From NCBI GenBank assembly GCA_040752575.1, contig JBFMGK010000043.1, positions 1 to 64,000 of the forward strand: a stretch of DNA of 64,000 nt, written 5' to 3'. Under the pieces are notes generated by a model. It saw only the letters and a list, made by a program, of their open reading frames with translations. It was not told the origin of the DNA and ran no database searches. Of the stretch, positions 19,512 to 29,544 are shown piece by piece (position 1 is the stretch's first letter; every line of letters starts with the position of its first letter). The stretch comes from Candidatus Bipolaricaulota bacterium. Lineage in GTDB: Bacteria > Bipolaricaulota > Bipolaricaulia > UBA7950 > UBA9294. A program made the position numbers and the translations under genes.

Positions 19512-20579
19512 TTGGTCAGACTCGAGCGACCAACACAGGAAGAATTCGACCGATGGTTCGCGCTGTCCGTAGAGCGACAGGCCCAGGACCGCGCATGGGT
19601 TCAAGGCTCGGCAGTAGACGACGAGCGTGCGCGACTCGACGCGATGGTCCCCATCTTGTTGCCCGACGGCATGGAGTCGCCCAACCACAGCTTCCGTATT
19701 GCGCGCGGCGAGAACGGCCGTGAACTGGGTTTCGTGTGGGTTGGCGTGCTGCCGGACTCCCCCAAAGAGACCTGCGTTCTATTCGACATTTACGTCCACG
19801 AGGAGTGCCGCGGCCACGGCGTCGCCCACGCCATGCTCGAAGCGACGCTTGAGGCCGTCCGGGCCTATGGAACTCGCGAAGTCCAGCTCTTCGTTCGCGC
19901 CGACAACGCGCCGGCTCGAGCGTTGTACGCAGACCTGGGCTTCGTGGAGATCGATGCGACCGCCGGAGCCCGAGACGTGCGCATGCGCAAGGAACTCGAA
20001 CCCGACCCGTCCGTGGCACGCATGCAGGAGATGACGGTGCAACACGTCGCGGTCGAGGATCTCCCTTCGGCAGGCTGGATTCTGGACCTCGGAGGCGGGG
20101 GCGAGGGCATGATCGGCAGGCTGGCTGGCGAGCGCGTCGTGGCCATCGACCGACGACGCGATGAACTGGAGGAGGCACCGCCAGGGCCACTGAAGATCAC
20201 CATGGATGCCCGCGAACTCGGCTTTCTTGACGGGAGCTTCAGCACGGTGACGGCGTTCTTCACGTTCCTCTACATAAGTGGGGAAGACCATCGCCGCGTG
20301 TTCGAGGAGGCCTTTCGCATCCTGAGCCCCGGCGGGCGGTTCCTGATCTGGGATGCGATCCTCCCCCCACGTGACGACGAGGGAAAGGACATCGTGGTCG
20401 TGCCGGTTCGGGTCGTTCTGCCCACGGGGAAAGCGGTCTCGACGCGCTACGGCGCCCGTTGGCCGGCCGAAGGCCGCGACGTTGCCCACTACCGAGTGCT
20501 CGCTGGAGAGGCCGGCTTCGCGGTTCTCGCGGAGCGCGTCGTCGGTTCTCACTTCGCGCTGCAGCTCGGGCGGCCCTAG
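19512..20579 (+). CDS. GNAT acetyltransferase - class I methyltransferase fusion
   Basis: CRGHGVA..NAPARALYADLGF then ILDLGGGGEG..MDAREL.F..LSPGG; GGAGG RBS before TTG. Confidence 0.8.
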   Translation: MVRLERPTQEEFDRWFALSVERQAQDRAWVQGSAVDDERARLDAMVPILLPDGMESPNHSFRIARGENGRELGFVWVGVLPDSPKETCVLFDIYVHEECRGHGVAHAMLEATLEAVRAYGTREVQLFVRADNAPARALYADLGFVEIDATAGARDVRMRKELEPDPSVARMQEMTVQHVAVEDLPSAGWILDLGGGGEGMIGRLAGERVVAIDRRRDELEEAPPGPLKITMDARELGFLDGSFSTVTAFFTFLYISGEDHRRVFEEAFRILSPGGRFLIWDAILPPRDDEGKDIVVVPVRVVLPTGKAVSTRYGARWPAEGRDVAHYRVLAGEAGFAVLAERVVGSHFALQLGRP

Positions 20580-20664
20580 TCAGGTCTGTGGTTTCGTCGA
20601 CGCAGATCAGCACTTCGTGCGGTAGACTGCCCGTGGTTCCTGAGTCCGCAGAGAAGGAGACTCC

Positions 20665-21906
20665 GTGCGCGGCATCGCGTGGGACACAGAGGCATGGCGA
20701 TCGAGGTTCTTCGCCATCTGGGCCGGGCAAGCCGTCTCGCTCCTCGGGAGCGAACTGGTGCAGTTCGCGCTCGTTTGGTGGCTGACGCGGACCACGGGCT
20801 CGGCCGTGGTGTTGGCCGGCGCAACGCTGTTTGCGCTGCTGCCGCAGATCCTCGTGTCGCCGTTCGCGGGAGCGCTGACCGATCGGTGGGATCGCCGTCG
20901 AGTCATGGTGTTCGCCGATGCGAGCATCGCGGTCTCGACGCTCGTCCTCGCCTGCCTCTTCGCCCTCGGCGCGGCGCAAGTCTGGCACGTCTACGTCGCT
21001 CTGCTCGTTCGCTCCGCAGGCAGTGCGTTCCACTGGCCAGCCATGCAGTCCTCCACGTCGATGATGGTACCCCAGCGCCATCTCACGCGAATCGGCGGGC
21101 TGAATCAGTTCCTGTTCGGAGCCGCAGCGGTTCTCTGTCCGCCGCTCGGCGCGCTTCTTCTCGAGTCCCTTCCGATGCATGCAGTTCTGGCGATCGACAT
21201 CTCGACCGCGCTCCTCGCGATCTCGCCGCTTCTTGTCCTCCGCATTCCGGTTCCCCTACGTAACACCACGCCGACCACGGTCCGCTCCGTGATCGCCGAC
21301 CTCGGCGCCGGACTGCGCTTCGTCGTCGGATGGAGACCGATTCTCGTCATCATCCTCACCGCGATGGTGGTCAATCTGGTGATGAACCCCGCGGCGGCCC
21401 TAACCCCGCTCCTCGTGACGCAGCACTTCGGCGGGGGTGCCATCGAGCTTGCCGGCCTGCAGTCCGCAAGAGGGTTTGGGATGCTCGGCGGCGGAGCACT
21501 GCTTGCACTGTGGGGCGGCTTCCGGAAGCGCATCGTCACCGTGATCCTGGCGTTGGCGCTCCTTGGCGCGGGCTTCGTTGCGATCGGCCTTCTGCCTCCA
21601 ACGGCCTTCCGTCTCGCCCTGGGTGCTTTCGCAGTCACGGGCGTGATGGCCACAACCTGCGACGGTGCGCTGTTCGCGATCCTGCAATCCACCGTACCCC
21701 ACGAGATGCAGGGTCGCGTTCTCTCGCTGCTCCTGAGCGGAGCGAAGGCGGCCTCACCGATCGGACTTGCGGCCGCCGGCCCCATCGCAGACCGCTTCGG
21801 CGTCCCGGTCTGGTACGCAATCGCCGGGTCCGTCATGGTCGTCGCCAGTGCCCTCATCTTCTTGATCCCCAGCGTCTTACAGGTCGAGGAGCGGCCGAAG
21901 GCCTGA
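20665..21906 (+). CDS. MFS transporter, DHA3/Mef(A)-like efflux family
   Basis: FFAIWAGQAVSLLGS.LVQFAL.WW, DRWDRRRVM, MQGRV; about 12 TM segments. Confidence 0.9.
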   Translation: MRGIAWDTEAWRSRFFAIWAGQAVSLLGSELVQFALVWWLTRTTGSAVVLAGATLFALLPQILVSPFAGALTDRWDRRRVMVFADASIAVSTLVLACLFALGAAQVWHVYVALLVRSAGSAFHWPAMQSSTSMMVPQRHLTRIGGLNQFLFGAAAVLCPPLGALLLESLPMHAVLAIDISTALLAISPLLVLRIPVPLRNTTPTTVRSVIADLGAGLRFVVGWRPILVIILTAMVVNLVMNPAAALTPLLVTQHFGGGAIELAGLQSARGFGMLGGGALLALWGGFRKRIVTVILALALLGAGFVAIGLLPPTAFRLALGAFAVTGVMATTCDGALFAILQSTVPHEMQGRVLSLLLSGAKAASPIGLAAAGPIADRFGVPVWYAIAGSVMVVASALIFLIPSVLQVEERPKA

Positions 21907-22240
21907 TCGCCCCGTCCAGAGACGCGCATGTGCGGCTCCACAACCGTAGCCCGCCGCCCTGACCGAGGACATGACGGAGACATGCAGTACTCAACCTGCG
22001 GCGGTGACTGGCTCCATAGGCGAGTCCTCTGTCGCGCAAGGTCGGAATCGCGTGGCTGGCATGACGACGCCTCCGCGCGACACGGGGCCGTGAATCGCCT
22101 CAGGGCATCGCGGAGGGAAACGTTTGGCGGCAGTTCGCCGGCTCTTCGATGACGCTTCATCGACATCGGGCGTGTTGCCCGTGTAAGACCCCGCAGGGCG
22201 TCTACGGAAACCACCGCAAGGCCCCGTAGGGCAAGTGGGC

Positions 22241-22316
22241 GAATTGGGCACTATGTCCCCGGAACTCGACGCACCGTGGGGAAGGCGGGCGAATTGAGTA
22301 CTGTGTCCCCGGAATT
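22241..22316 (-). repeat. Two tandem family-A repeats (50 bp period)
   Basis: GAATTGGGCACTATGTCCCCGGAAC (22241) and GAATTGAGTACTGTGTCCCCGGAATT (22291). Confidence 0.85.
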
Positions 22317-22327
22317 GCGAAATCGTG

Positions 22328-23422
22328 TTAGGGGGCGAGCCGCGCGAAGAGCGCGGCCCACTCGGGTACGCGCTCGGGAAGTGCTGGATCCTCGAATAGC
22401 TCCGGCCACAGCGCCTTGAGCTGCGTTCGAGATCTGAGCCATCCGCTATCGATCGCTTGGTGCAGATTCCTGAGACACGCCTGTCGATCGCGCGCAAGGG
22501 CGAACGCCGTGGCCGCAACAACGTACGGGTACCCGCTCGTGGAAGGCGAGCACTCGGCGAACCGCCGTTCGTACTCCTGACCGAATGCCGCGAACTCCCC
22601 GTGCGTCATGTCGGTGACGTTCTCGGCCGCCCAGTGGTTGACCAGCACGGTGTACAGGCTCTCATCCGCGAAGCCGAGTCGGCGCGAGATGGCGATCGAC
22701 CCCACGTTGTTTGCCCAAGAGTGCCAGATGATCTCTCGAAGGCCCTGAGCGAACGCCTCCCGCGCGGTGGCCGCGGCAACCGCAACCCCGACCCCTCGCC
22801 GACGGTACTCCGCGACCACGCGGACGCTGACCTCGCACGCTCCTCTGACGATGTAGTTCACGATGGAGTGCCCGACCATGCTTCCAACGGACATCGCGAC
22901 GGTGCCAAAGCCGCGATCGAGAAATGCATCGACAGTCTGCCACTCATCGACGACCTCGTCGCGAACCGCGTCCGCCCCGGGAGCGTCGCTTTCGAGAAGC
23001 GATCGATCGATCGGGAGGAGATCGACTCCGTCCGGCGCAGGGATCTCCTCTGCCGGCGGGTGTCGCAGGAGGGCTGCTCGGCGCTGAGCGGGCAGCATGT
23101 AGAGCCCGTGAGCTGCTCGCGCCAGTCCCTCCGCCGAGATGCTGGCATCGGCGAAGAGCGCCGTGTAGCGATCCCTCGGCAGAAGAGCGTTCACGCCATC
23201 GAAGAAGCCGGCCTCCGCCGGCATGCCGGCAAGGTAGCAGGCATCCCCCGCGAGAACGCAAGCCGCCCGGGGCCGCTCCCGAGAGTCTACGTACGCCGTT
23301 CCCGCCGCGTCTCCCTGAAAGATGGCGCCAAGATGCAACTGCGGAGGTCGCAGCGCCGAGAACATCTCCTGAAGGATAGCGGATGACTGCGTGTCGATCT
23401 GAACGAAAAGATCCAGCTTCAC
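22328..23422 (-). CDS. GNAT acetyltransferase with helical/TPR-like C-terminal extension
   Basis: FLDRGFG, EYRRRGVG, NVGSIAISRRLGF; GGGAGG RBS. Confidence 0.82.
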   Translation of the reverse strand: MKLDLFVQIDTQSSAILQEMFSALRPPQLHLGAIFQGDAAGTAYVDSRERPRAACVLAGDACYLAGMPAEAGFFDGVNALLPRDRYTALFADASISAEGLARAAHGLYMLPAQRRAALLRHPPAEEIPAPDGVDLLPIDRSLLESDAPGADAVRDEVVDEWQTVDAFLDRGFGTVAMSVGSMVGHSIVNYIVRGACEVSVRVVAEYRRRGVGVAVAAATAREAFAQGLREIIWHSWANNVGSIAISRRLGFADESLYTVLVNHWAAENVTDMTHGEFAAFGQEYERRFAECSPSTSGYPYVVAATAFALARDRQACLRNLHQAIDSGWLRSRTQLKALWPELFEDPALPERVPEWAALFARLAP

Positions 23423-23502
23423 GAGGAACCTCCCGGTCTGTTGACGCACACGGCGCAGGACATCACGCCTGCAAAAGAAGTCCTCGGAGAGACAAGGCAA
23501 GC

Positions 23503-23644
23503 GAGCCGCGCGCACGCGGCAGACGCAAACCTCGCTAGATGATCCAGCACCCAACCCCTCGAGGACCCTTCCGGCATCCCGTGCGAGGGGCCGGCGGACG
23601 TCACCGCCGGGCTGAACCGGAGAGCGGCTTCAGGCCGCTACTCC
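23503..23644 (-). ncRNA. Highly structured leader of unknown class upstream of GNAT
   Basis: Hairpin 23619-23644, then a multibranch structure: GGUUCAGC/GCUGGAUC enclosing CCGGCGG/CCGCCGG and CCCCUCG/CGAGGGG. Confidence 0.35.
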
Positions 23645-23946
23645 ATCCCAACCAGGGGTGACGCCGCCGACGCCTCAGGCATGTGCATGCGACCACCCCC
23701 TTTGTCTGTGGACTCGCCCCGAAGGGCGGCAAGTCATCCTAGCGGCAATCGTTGCGGCGGACAAGCCTCACGGGGTGCCAGGCCTCCGACTTGTGCACCG
23801 CGTCGGATGGCCCTCAGGCTGCCGCGCTGCACACGGCTCATCGGCCACAGCCAACGCGGAGGCCACGATCGGACCACGTCCCGCGCTTGACGCTCCGACA
23901 GCGGATCGCGATGCTCGGCGTCGATGCGAGCCGAAGGGAGACGCTG

Positions 23947-24738
23947 ATGAGGATCGTCGATCTGACCGACGAACATGTGCCGCTGTACTGCGTGTGTCTT
24001 GAGGACTGGTCCGAAGAGATGAAGGAGGCCGGCACGCGCAAGCTGGACTGGACCACGGCGATGCGCAGCCGCGGACTGCGCGTCAAGCTCGCGCTCGACG
24101 ACGCGGGCGTCGTTGGCGGGATGATCCATTACGTGCCGATCGAGCAGTCGTTCGCTTCCGGGAAAGGCCTCTACTTCATCCTCTGCATCTGGGTCCACGG
24201 CTACAAGCAGGGCCGCGGCAACTTCCGCAAGCGCGGAATGGGGAAGGCCCTTCTCGCCGCAGCGGAGGACGACGCGCGCGCTCTCGGAGCCCAAGGCATC
24301 GCAGCGTGGGGGCTTGCTCTGCCGTTCTGGATGAAGGCCTCGTGGTTCCGCAAGCACGGCTTCCGCGTCGCGGATCGGGACGGCATGCGCCATCTTCTCT
24401 GGAAGCCGTTCGCCCCAGACGCCGAAGCACCGCGCTGGGTGAAACCGAGAAAGACGCCGTCTGCTGTTCCGGGGAAGGTCTCGGTCGTCTCGTTCGTGAA
24501 CGGCTGGTGCCCGGCACAGAACATCGCATGCGAGCGCGCCCGTCGCGCCGCGGCGGCCTGCGGCGAGGGCGTCGAGTTCACCGTGATCGACACGTCGGAC
24601 CGCGCAGCTTTCGAGGAGTGGGGCATGACGGACGCCCTGTTCATCGATGGGAAGGCCGTGCGGTTCGGGCCGCCTCCGGCGTTCGACGCGCTCCGCAAGC
24701 GAATCGCGAAGCGCGCCGCGCGGCTCCACTCTCGCTAG
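23947..24738 (+). CDS. GNAT acetyltransferase with C-terminal thioredoxin-like (YoaP-like) domain
   Basis: YCVCLE, CIWVHG..RKRGMGKALL, NGWCPAQN, DALFIDG. Confidence 0.8.
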   Translation: MRIVDLTDEHVPLYCVCLEDWSEEMKEAGTRKLDWTTAMRSRGLRVKLALDDAGVVGGMIHYVPIEQSFASGKGLYFILCIWVHGYKQGRGNFRKRGMGKALLAAAEDDARALGAQGIAAWGLALPFWMKASWFRKHGFRVADRDGMRHLLWKPFAPDAEAPRWVKPRKTPSAVPGKVSVVSFVNGWCPAQNIACERARRAAAACGEGVEFTVIDTSDRAAFEEWGMTDALFIDGKAVRFGPPPAFDALRKRIAKRAARLHSR

Positions 24739-26027
24739 TCCCGGCGGGTCAACTTCGGCCGCCGACCGAGCCTCAGGGCCGCTTGCAGACCGCGGATCGC
24801 CGCCGGCCGCTCTCCGAGTTCAACCCGCTCGGCGCCGAGGTAGCGCGCGAACTCGGCCGTGCAGGTGGCCAGTGCGTCCTTTGTCGCTTCGTCCGGACGA
24901 AAACCGGGCTCCCACCACCAGCCCTCAATGCGCAGAACCTTCGCCTTCTTGTCGAACACGGGCTCGACGCGCGCGACGAATCGGTCGCCGCACAAGACGG
25001 GAAGGACGTAGTAGCCGTATTCGCGCTTCTCCTTGGGCTTGTAGATCTCCCAGCAGTAATCGAAGCCGAACACCTGTCGCAAGAGGTCCCGATCCCACGC
25101 CACATTGTCGAGCGCCGCAACGAAGGCAGCATGCACCGGCTCGATGCGCCGCTCTCCAGCCGCCTCAAGGGCCGGGCCGTCGGAAGCTCGGACGAAGAAC
25201 AGACGACGGGCCACCCCATCGACGGCGAGCGGGACGAGGTCGCCGCGGTCGGCCAAGCGCCGCAGGACGGCCGAGCGCGCGGCCGTGCCCTTGACGCCCA
25301 TGATGCCCCACCAGTATTCGGGGGCGCCCGTCGCCGGCGCGAGCCCCAGGCTGCCGATGCGCCGCACCACATGCCAGTCCTGGTAGTCCTCGTCCCGCGG
25401 ATGCGGGTCCGGCGCGCCAAGGATCTCCGGCGGGAGAATCCTCTCGGCAAGGTCGAAGTAGCGCTCGCTGCGAACGCGATGATGGGTCAGGACAACGCCC
25501 ATCGCCGAGAGGACTTCGAGCGACGCGCCGACGAGGCGCTTCTTCCGCCCCCACCACCAGTCGACGGACGCGTCGTGCTCGATGTCGCGCGACGAGAGCG
25601 GACCGCGTCTTCGGATCTCGTCGAGCACGTAGGGTGCGATCTGCATCTCGAGCTTCTCAGCACCGCCGTGCTGCTGGGCCATAAGGACGCGGTGCCGCGC
25701 GAAGTGCGGCCAGTCTTCGCGCAGCGCGATCGCCGCCATCTTGTCCCAGACGACGAGCGCCTTGTGGTCGAGGTGCATGAAGCGATCGAGCATCTCGGGT
25801 CTGTAGCCGACAATGCGCGACTGAAGGACAAGGTTGGGATTCCGTCCGACGATGTCAATCGGGTCATACTGGATGCAGCCAAGATGCCGGAGAAGGCGCG
25901 CGATCGCGCCGCGCGCCAGAACGGAGCGTGGCGGCAGAAGCCGCTGGTGCGAGAGCAAGAAACGCCGCGCGTGCGCGGGTTCGAGCGTTTGCTGGGGCGG
26001 AGGAAGAAGGCGGGCGGCCATGGCCAT
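24735..26027 (-). CDS. YcaQ/AlkZ-like (HTH_42) DNA crosslink repair glycosylase family
   Basis: IQYDPI..VGRN, YFDLAER, WEIYKP..KREYGYYVLPVL.GDRFVAR. Confidence 0.88.
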   Translation of the reverse strand: MAMAARLLPPPQQTLEPAHARRFLLSHQRLLPPRSVLARGAIARLLRHLGCIQYDPIDIVGRNPNLVLQSRIVGYRPEMLDRFMHLDHKALVVWDKMAAIALREDWPHFARHRVLMAQQHGGAEKLEMQIAPYVLDEIRRRGPLSSRDIEHDASVDWWWGRKKRLVGASLEVLSAMGVVLTHHRVRSERYFDLAERILPPEILGAPDPHPRDEDYQDWHVVRRIGSLGLAPATGAPEYWWGIMGVKGTAARSAVLRRLADRGDLVPLAVDGVARRLFFVRASDGPALEAAGERRIEPVHAAFVAALDNVAWDRDLLRQVFGFDYCWEIYKPKEKREYGYYVLPVLCGDRFVARVEPVFDKKAKVLRIEGWWWEPGFRPDEATKDALATCTAEFARYLGAERVELGERPAAIRGLQAALRLGRRPKLTRRD

Positions 26028-26092
26028 CCGGCCGAGCGTACCGCGACGACCCGGACCGGTCCACACGCCGGGCGACGGTCAGAACCGCGGCC

Positions 26093-26569
26093 CTATCCGG
26101 ATGCCTTCACTGAGCCGGCAAACCGATCGAGCGAGGCGCCGAGTTCGCGGGAGCGCAACGCGCCGCGGTCCAGCGCGAGGTTTGCCACGGACTTCGCGCC
26201 CATGGTCGCCTCCATCTCCTCGAAGGCGCCCGCGCGCGGTGCGCCTCCGCTGGTGACGAAGCACGCCGCCTTGCGCACCGCTCCTTCGGCCTGTCTCAGA
26301 TAGGTCAACACGGGGGGCGCGGCGCGTCCTCCCCACACGGGAGCCCCAACCACCACGATGTCGTAGTCGCTCGCCGTTTTCTGCGGCGCTTCGATGGCGA
26401 ACTCCGCGCCGCGAAGCGCATCGGCAAGACTCCGCCAAAGTCCGAAGAACCCCTCGTACGACCTCTTGGTCCGGATCTCCTCGACGTCCGCGCCGAGGCG
26501 TTGCGCGATCTGGCCCCCGATGTCCCGGGTGCGGCCGCTCCGCGAGTAGAACACGACCAACGTCTTCAT
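26093..26569 (-). CDS. Flavodoxin-family protein
   Basis: MKTLVVFYSRSGRT, YDIVVVGAPVW, FVTSGG. Confidence 0.88.
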   Translation of the reverse strand: MKTLVVFYSRSGRTRDIGGQIAQRLGADVEEIRTKRSYEGFFGLWRSLADALRGAEFAIEAPQKTASDYDIVVVGAPVWGGRAAPPVLTYLRQAEGAVRKAACFVTSGGAPRAGAFEEMEATMGAKSVANLALDRGALRSRELGASLDRFAGSVKASG

Positions 26570-26651
26570 GGCATCCACCTCCGACTCTGCGACAAGGATA
26601 GCCGAGATGCTCTTCGCCTTGCGCTGGCGCTCGTGCCCTGAGCCGCGGAGA

Positions 26652-26849
26652 ATGGACGATATGGATGGCAAGAAGGCAGTCAAGATGTGTGGGGAGTGCC
26701 CAACGTGCCGCTTGACGCGGGCCGCATCGGAAGTGACGCTACGCTATCGGATTTCGCGATTCATCCAGCGCCGCACCTGCCCGTTCTGTCGGGCAGCGAA
26801 TCGCGAACTCGGTCGCGATTTCCAGAAGAGCCCGAAGCTGGACGAGTAA
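26652..26849 (+). CDS. Small Cys-rich protein (putative Zn/Fe binding)
   Basis: CGECPTC ... CPFC in 65 aa; GGAG before ATG. Confidence 0.5.
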   Translation: MDDMDGKKAVKMCGECPTCRLTRAASEVTLRYRISRFIQRRTCPFCRAANRELGRDFQKSPKLDE

Positions 26850-26949
26850 CGTGCGCCCTCGCACCGAAGCAGTGCGCCGGACAGGCTTCGAGCCCTGACG
26901 AGACAGCGTGTTGACGCGCTGACTCTGTCTTCCGTTCCTCGATCTCCGC

Positions 26950-28256
26950 AGGCCACCGATCGACGTGTACACCCATCGGGTCGAGAGGGTCGAAGCATGT
27001 CGCTCCTGAAGAGAGGAGCGTCCTCTCCTCGAAGAGAACCTCGACCCAAGCACCCTCCGCGAGACCGGGAAATGTCAGTCTGACTTCGTGCGCACTGGTT
27101 TCGACCCATTCGCCACGAGAAGGGCGTAATAGCCATCGTGATCGCAGAGCCTGTGATGGATCGGCAGGTAGCCATAGCGGTCCGGCGCGACAGGGGTCTC
27201 GGTGCGAACATTGACGGCGGCGATCCTCGGCGGAGCCATGATGGCCTGGCTCAACTGCTCGATTTCGGCGTTCAGCTCAGCGGTGGAGGCGCACATGGAC
27301 GGGTCGTCGTGCAGTCCGGAGCCTGGCCCGTACGCCGGGGCGTCGCGGGCGGACGTGCCGTAGCAGAACGACCACTCGCCCTTGGCGCCGTGGAGGATCG
27401 CCCGGTAGACCATGAGCCGGAGTTGCTCCCGCGTTGGCATTCTCCAGCCACCGAACTGAAACGCCTCGATGACGACCTGGGGCGAGGCGCGGCGGCTCTC
27501 CGCTTCCAACGCACGGCAGAGATCATCCATCCATCTCGCAACAGTCGTCAGCGGCGCATCAAAGGGATTGGGGGGAGGAGATGAAGTCAGCGGATAGCAG
27601 TCCACGGCCACAACATCGGGGAAGACCAGCGCAGGAACTGGGTGAGCCTGGACGCGCTGTCGGCGTTCCGAAAGTTGGCCGCGTACAGACACGTCATGTC
27701 GGGATGGTCCGGGTCAGCGTCGTTGAGATACGCATCCGCGGCGCGAAGGTTGGTGTAGTAAGGCTCGACCGGAGGTTCGTTGCTACGAGGTTCACCCTCA
27801 AGGTACCACATCCGCATCGCGGGAGGGTGCTTGGGCGACATGGAATCGTCGGGGCCGTCGCGTAGAGACGTCCATCGAGCGCCTCGCGCAGGGTGGGCTC
27901 CCAGGGACCGTACTCACCGTTCCACCAGGCGAAGCCCGAGGAGAGCACAATCCAAAAACCCAGAGGCCGTTACGGTGCGCCTCGTTGAGGAACGTCCTGT
28001 CGTGAGGATGGGACACGGGCTGGATCTCATCCACGACGTTGAACCCGTGGGCCTTCACGTCGGCCATGTCCCAGAAAGGAACCAGGTACAGCCCGATGGG
28101 AAAGAAGGGCTCTCCGTTGACCTGCATGCAGCCCCTCGCATCGATCGAGGCCACCGTCGCCAGGCGCTGTGGGGTCTGGACACCCATCACCCCAGGCACG
28201 AGAAGACAACCGAGGAGAACCGCCAACGACGTCACACCGGAGCGTCCAGCGTCCAT
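26950..28256 (-). pseudogene. Multiply frameshifted secreted glycoside-hydrolase-like gene
   Basis: Successive frames give signal peptide + VNGEPFFPIGLY..GFNVV / WYLEGEP..DPDHP / DVVAVDCYP..AILHGAKG / VEVLFEER..MGVHV. Confidence 0.65.
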
Positions 28257-28494
28257 GTCGCCCCTGCCATTCCCCCATCCCTTGTCGTGCCTCGGAGTCC
28301 GTGATCGCGAGGACCTCGGAACGCACGTGGGGCGGATTCTTCACTCTAGGACGTACGATCAGCTCGCAGCAAAGTCTCGTCGTAGTCTCCGGCCTCTTCC
28401 CCGACCGGCGCGAGTGGATGCGTTCGCCCCGCTCGAGCAGAATGGCAAGACATGGTTCCAGGGGTTTGTCGGACAGCGGCAAGGAGCGGACGAG

Positions 28495-29328
28495 GTGGCG
28501 GAACTACGCAAGGTCATCGGGCGCGGGCGGACGGCTGAGATCCTCGCGTGGGGCGACGGTCGCGTCCTGAAGCTCTACGTTGCAGAGAGCCATCGGGACT
28601 ACGTGCGCCGCGAGGCGACGACGTCGCGCCGAGTTCATCAGCTTGGGCTCCCCGCTCCCGCCGTGTACGACGCGGAGACACCCGACGGGCTTCACGAGGT
28701 CGACGGACGCCTTGGGATCCTGTACGAGAGGATCGACGGTCCAACGATGATGCGCGACCTGGGCTCCCGTCCGTGGACGTTCGCCGCGCACTCCCGGAAG
28801 TTGGCTCGCCTGCACGCCCAGATCCACGCGGCGCCGGGCGAGGGCCTGCCCTTGATGCGCCCGAGGATCGAGCGCTCCATCGAGCGCGCCGGCGGACTTG
28901 TGAGTCCCGCGGCCCTCCGGGCAGCGCGCGATCGTCTCTCGTCGTTGCCCGACGTTCGGCAGGTGTGTCACGGGGACTTCCACCCCGACAATGTCATCCT
29001 CGGTGCGCGAGGACTGGCCGTCGTCGACTGGGGACCTGCGTCGGCGGGCCATCCCCTGGCTGATGTCGCGTGGACGTACCTTCTCTACCGGTTCGCGGGT
29101 GTGCCGCCGGGCACACCTGCCTGGCTGCGGCGGGTCATCTCGCTGGTGCGTCGCGGCTCGTTGCGCGTCTACCTGCAGACGTATTTCGCGCAGACCGGAA
29201 GTACGTGGGCGGACCTCAAACCATGGCTCGGCGTCGTGGCGGTTCTGCGCCTGGGAGACAAGATCCCCGAAGAGCGCGACCGGCTCGTTCGGTTCATCGA
29301 GCGCGAATTCCGGGGACATAGTACTTAA
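28495..29328 (+). CDS. Aminoglycoside phosphotransferase-family kinase
   Basis: IGRGRTAE, VLKLY, CHGDFHPDNV, VDW; C-terminus and stop supplied by a family-A repeat. Confidence 0.88.
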   Translation: MAELRKVIGRGRTAEILAWGDGRVLKLYVAESHRDYVRREATTSRRVHQLGLPAPAVYDAETPDGLHEVDGRLGILYERIDGPTMMRDLGSRPWTFAAHSRKLARLHAQIHAAPGEGLPLMRPRIERSIERAGGLVSPAALRAARDRLSSLPDVRQVCHGDFHPDNVILGARGLAVVDWGPASAGHPLADVAWTYLLYRFAGVPPGTPAWLRRVISLVRRGSLRVYLQTYFAQTGSTWADLKPWLGVVAVLRLGDKIPEERDRLVRFIEREFRGHST

Positions 29329-29404
29329 TTCAGGACGATTCCGGGGACATAGTACGTAATCCGCGTTCCAGTACCTTGGGATTAGGTACTATGTCCCCGG
29401 AATC
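29305..29404. repeat. Cluster of three family-A repeats (two direct, one inverted; REPIN-like hairpin)
   Basis: 29305-29330, 29337-29360 and inverted 29381-29404. Confidence 0.9.
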
Positions 29405-29544
29405 GTCTTCCCGCAATCGTCCGAGTGGGGCCGTTTCGCTGCGGTCTTGCTAGAATGGTGTCGTTCGCGCGATGCGGTGCTGGACGTAGCTCGGCGGAGG
29501 AGTCTCGGCGTCGGCTGGATTGTCCAGAGGAAGGGGTGAGTGCA

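Noticed and set aside
21980..22220. Heavily decayed RAYT gene ahead of the tandem family-A repeats
   Set aside because: Only faint resemblance by eye; cannot be supported without a translated search.
24306..26303. Long antisense or alternate-frame ORFs (also 13384-15114, 44861-46318, 54567-55955, 60307-61647)
   Set aside because: Shadows of real genes caused by high GC codon bias; Arg/Pro-rich with no motifs.
29305..29404. CRISPR array from the repeated 26-mers (also 22241-22316)
   Set aside because: Only two or three copies, mixed orientation, spacers absent or self-similar, and no cas genes.
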